Made by a program: the position numbers and the translations under genes | Notes under the pieces: model-generated | Seen by the model: only the letters and a program-made list of their open reading frames with translations | Told to the model about the DNA's origin: nothing | Databases searched by the model: none | From: Cetorhinus maximus | Lineage: Eukaryota | Length of the DNA: 64,000 nucleotides | Direction: 5' to 3' | Assembly: GCF_964194155.1 (NCBI RefSeq) | Contig: NC_135901.1 | Location: 19,282,001-19,346,000 of the forward strand | Shown: piece by piece, positions 61,069 to 64,000 of the stretch | How the letters are laid out: every line of letters begins with the position of its first letter | How positions within the stretch are numbered: the stretch's first letter is position 1

Positions 61069-62232
61069 TTAAGATCTAAAGTTGTTGAATTCAATATTCA
61101 GCCCAGAAGGCTGTAAAGTGCCTAGTCGGAAGATGAGGTGCTGTTCCTCCAGTTTGCGTTGGGCTTCACTGGAACAATGCAGCAAGCCAAGGACAGACAT
61201 GTGGGCAAGAGAACAGGGTGGAGTGTTAAAATGGCAAGCGACAGGGAGGTTTGGGTCTTTCTTGCGGACAGACCGCAGGTGTTCCGCAAAACGGTCGCCC
61301 AGTTTGCGTTTGGTCTCTCCAATGTAGAGGAGACCGCATTGGGAGCAACGAATGCAGTAGACTAAGTTAGGGGAAATGCAAGTGAAATGCTGCTTCACTT
61401 GAAAGGAGTGTTTGGGCCCTTGGACGGTGAGGAGAGAGGAAGTGAAGGGGCAGGTGTTGCATCTTCTGCGTGGGCATGGGGAGGTGCCATAAGTGGGGGT
61501 TGAGGAGTAGGGGGTGATGGAGGAGTGGACCAGGGTGTCCCGGAGGGAACGATCCCTACGGAATGCCGTCAAGGGGGGTGAAGGGAAGATGTGTTTGGTG
61601 GTGGCATCATGCTGGAGTTGGCGGAAATGGCGGAGGATGATCCTTTGAATGCGGAGGCTGGTGGGGTGATAAGTGAGGACAAGGGGGACCCTATCATGTT
61701 TCTGGGAAGGAGGAGAAGGCGCGAGGGAGGATGCGCGGGATATGGGCCGGACACGGTTGAGGGCCCTGTCAACGACCGTGGATGGAAAACCTCGGTTAAG
61801 GAAGAAGGAGGACATGTCAGAGGAGCTGTTTTTGAAGGTAGCGTCATCAGAACAGATGCGACGGAGGCGAAGGAACTGAGAGAATGGGATGGAGTCTTTA
61901 CAGGAAGCGGGGTGTGAGGAGCTGTAGTCGAGGTAGCTGTGGGAGTCGGTAGGCTTGTAATGGATATTGGTGGACAGTCTATCATCAGAAATTGAGACAG
62001 AGAGGTCAAGGAAGGGAAGAGAAGTGTCAGAGATGGACCATGTGAAGATGATGGAGGGGTGGAGATTGGAAGCAAAATTAATAAATTTTTCCAGGTCCCG
62101 ACGAGAGCATGAAGCAGCACCGAAGTAATCATCGATGTACCGGAGAAAGAGTTGTGGGAGGGGGCCGGAGTAGGACTGGAACAAGGAATGTTCCACATAC
62201 CCCATAAAGAGACAGGCATAGCTGGGGCCCAT
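61069..62232 (-). CDS. 5'-truncated PLE ORF (RT C-terminal half + GIY-YIG), uninterrupted
   Basis: FLRYIDD, CPRRRCNTC, VYCIRC..YIGETKR and GLN. Confidence 0.9.
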   Translation of the reverse strand: MGPSYACLFMGYVEHSLFQSYSGPLPQLFLRYIDDYFGAASCSRRDLEKFINFASNLHPSIIFTWSISDTSLPFLDLSVSISDDRLSTNIHYKPTDSHSYLDYSSSHPASCKDSIPFSQFLRLRRICSDDATFKNSSSDMSSFFLNRGFPSTVVDRALNRVRPISRASSLAPSPPSQKHDRVPLVLTYHPTSLRIQRIILRHFRQLQHDATTKHIFPSPPLTAFRRDRSLRDTLVHSSITPYSSTPTYGTSPCPRRRCNTCPFTSSLLTVQGPKHSFQVKQHFTCISPNLVYCIRCSQCGLLYIGETKRKLGDRFAEHLRSVRKKDPNLPVACHFNTPPCSLAHMSVLGLLHCSSEAQRKLEEQHLIFRLGTLQPSGLNIEFNNFRS

Positions 62233-62242
62233 GCGGCTATGC

Positions 62243-63121
62243 GACTCCCACAGCTACCTCGACTACAGCTCCTCACACCCCGCTTCCTGTAAAGACTCCA
62301 TCCCATTCTCTCAGTTCCTTCGCCTCCGTCGCATCTGTTCTGATGACGCTACCTTCAAAAACAGCTCCTCTGACATGTCCTCCTTCTTCCTGAACCGAGG
62401 TTTTCCATCCACGGTCGTTGACAGGGCCCTCAACCGTGTCCGGCCCATATCCCGCGCATCCTCCCTCGCGCCTTCTCCTCCTTCCCAGAAACATGATAGG
62501 GTCCCCCTTGTCCTCACTTATCACCCCACCAGCCTCCGCATTCAAAGGATCATCCTCCGCCATTTCCGCCAACTCCAGCATGATGCCACCACCAAACACA
62601 TCTTCCCTTCACCCCCCTTGACGGCATTCCGTAGGGATCGTTCCCTCCGGGACACCCTGGTCCACTCCTCCATCACCCCCTACTCCTCAACCCCCACTTA
62701 TGGCACCTCCCCATGCCCACGCAGAAGATGCAACACCTGCCCCTTCACTTCCTCTCTCCTCACCGTCCAAGGGCCCAAACACTCCTTTCAAGTGAAGCAG
62801 CATTTCACTTGCATTTCCCCTAACTTAGTCTACTGCATTCGTTGCTCCCAATGCGGTCTCCTCTACATTGGAGAGACCAAACGCAAACTGGGCGACCGTT
62901 TTGCGGAACACCTGCGGTCTGTCCGCAAGAAAGACCCAAACCTCCCTGTCGCTTGCCATTTTAACACTCCACCCTGTTCTCTTGCCCACATGTCTGTCCT
63001 TGGCTTGCTGCATTGTTCCAGTGAAGCCCAACGCAAACTGGAGGAACAGCACCTCATCTTCCGACTAGGCACTTTACAGCCTTCTGGGCTGAATATTGAA
63101 TTCAACAACTTTAGATCTTAA
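62243..63121 (+). CDS. Inverted duplicate of the PLE ORF C-terminus (thumb + GIY-YIG)
   Basis: Translation identical to the corresponding part of 61069..62232. Confidence 0.88.
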   Translation, partial: DSHSYLDYSSSHPASCKDSIPFSQFLRLRRICSDDATFKNSSSDMSSFFLNRGFPSTVVDRALNRVRPISRASSLAPSPPSQKHDRVPLVLTYHPTSLRIQRIILRHFRQLQHDATTKHIFPSPPLTAFRRDRSLRDTLVHSSITPYSSTPTYGTSPCPRRRCNTCPFTSSLLTVQGPKHSFQVKQHFTCISPNLVYCIRCSQCGLLYIGETKRKLGDRFAEHLRSVRKKDPNLPVACHFNTPPCSLAHMSVLGLLHCSSEAQRKLEEQHLIFRLGTLQPSGLNIEFNNFRS

Positions 63122-63468
63122 ACTCCCCCTCCCCCCATCCCCACCCCGTTTCTTTTCCCCCCCCACCCGCCTTTTTTTTCAATAATTTATATAGATTCTT
63201 CTTTCCCCACCTATTTCCATTATTTTTAAATCTAAAACTAAAACCTTTAGTCTTTCCACCCCACCCCCACTAGAGCTGTACTTTGAATATCCTGTCTTCC
63301 ATTCTTAATTAGCACTTTTCTCAGACAAAGACCACCACCTTCAACACCTCTTTGACCCTTTTGTCTCTGACATCTTTTGATTATCTGCTCACACCACACC
63401 CTCAATGTGTCTCTTCCCCCCCACCCACCTTAAACCAATTTATATTTCTCCCTTGTTGAAACTATGCT

Positions 63469-63511
63469 TCAGTTCTGCCGAAGGGCCATGAGGGCTCGAA
63501 ACGTTGACTGA
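63469..63511 (+). ncRNA. Hammerhead-like motif, right arm
   Basis: TCAGTT-CTGCCGA-A-GGGCC/GGCTC-GAAA-CGTT-GACTGA; core A6 is replaced by C. Confidence 0.5.
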
Positions 63512-63739
63512 TTTCTTCTCCGCCGATGCTGCCAGACTTGCTGAGTTTTTCCAGGTAATTCTGTTTTTATTTTGTTTTATATATTTCCAATACCTAGTTG
63601 TCTTTAGAGAAGATGATGCTTGACCTTCTTGAACCACTGCAGTCCATGTGGTGAAGGTGCTCCCACAATGCTGTTAGGTCAGAAGTTACAGGTTATTCAC
63701 CCAGTGATGATGAAGGAACAGTGATAAATGTCCAAGTCA

Positions 63740-64000
63740 ATGACGATAATTTGTACTTAGATCATGCCTTTAATGTAATAAGACCTTCCAGGGCATTTCA
63801 CAGAAATGTTACAAAGCAACTTTTGACACATGAGGAGACATTACAGCAGATAACTAAAAGCTTGGACAAAGAGGTAGGTTTTAAGGAATATCTTAAAGGA
63901 GGAAAGTGAGGTAGAGAGATGGAGATGTGTAGGGAGGAAATTCCAGGCTTGAGTTCTAGGCAACTGAAAGAACAGCCACCAATGGTGGAGCGATTAAAGT
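63740..64000 (-). mobile_element. L2-type 3' end fragment
   Basis: Similar to 22140-22340 and to the reverse complement of 15960-16230. Confidence 0.65.

Larger units (their letters stand above)
60570..63578. mobile_element. Young Penelope-like element in fold-back (inverted-repeat) configuration with 14-bp TSD
   Basis: Arms 60612-61948 and 62242-63578; TSD ATATATTTCCAATA at 60556-60569 and 63579-63592; the target is an old LINE 3' UTR. Confidence 0.95.

Noticed and set aside
62231-62242. ATG-started 296-aa ORF as a real standalone GIY-YIG gene
   Set aside because: The MRLC start is created by the inversion junction and no promoter or splice support is visible, so it is treated as a by-product.
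60570-63578. Palindrome as a DNA transposon with long TIRs, or as a pure assembly artefact
   Set aside because: The arms encode PLE RT/GIY-YIG sequence rather than flanking a transposase. The TSD, the continuous target repeat on both sides and an arm mismatch argue for a real insertion, pending read confirmation.

Overview
Eukaryotic, repeat-rich vertebrate DNA. The repeat families and zinc-finger style suggest a cartilaginous fish (shark); this is an inference. The window is a tandem C2H2 zinc-finger (ZNF) gene cluster with no KRAB domain visible. It holds seven ZF-array exons (four with intact arrays, one broken by a single TGA, two pseudogenes), one decayed ZF relic, five truncated leader-exon copies and six CpG-island promoters built from shared NRF1/YY1/CCAAT/GC modules, several between divergent genes. 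The rest is CR1, L2 and RTE LINE fragments, SINEs, LTR remnants and Penelope-like elements (PLEs; RT plus GIY-YIG, Neptune-type). Main observations: (1) a very young PLE insertion forms a 3-kb fold-back palindrome (two 1337-bp arms, 14-bp target-site duplication (TSD), hammerhead-like motif near each end), and 46- and 99-bp PLE-tail micro-insertions carry their own TSDs; (2) the ZNF family shows possible translational oddities: two intact genes have ACG instead of ATG in a strong Kozak context, a TGA-CTG stop is followed by a frame-preserved 17-codon extension that is constitutive in paralogs, and a conserved leader contains vestigial fingers with fixed stops. Repeat boundaries are approximate unless a TSD is given. 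Gene labels A1-A7 and B2-B4 are my own.
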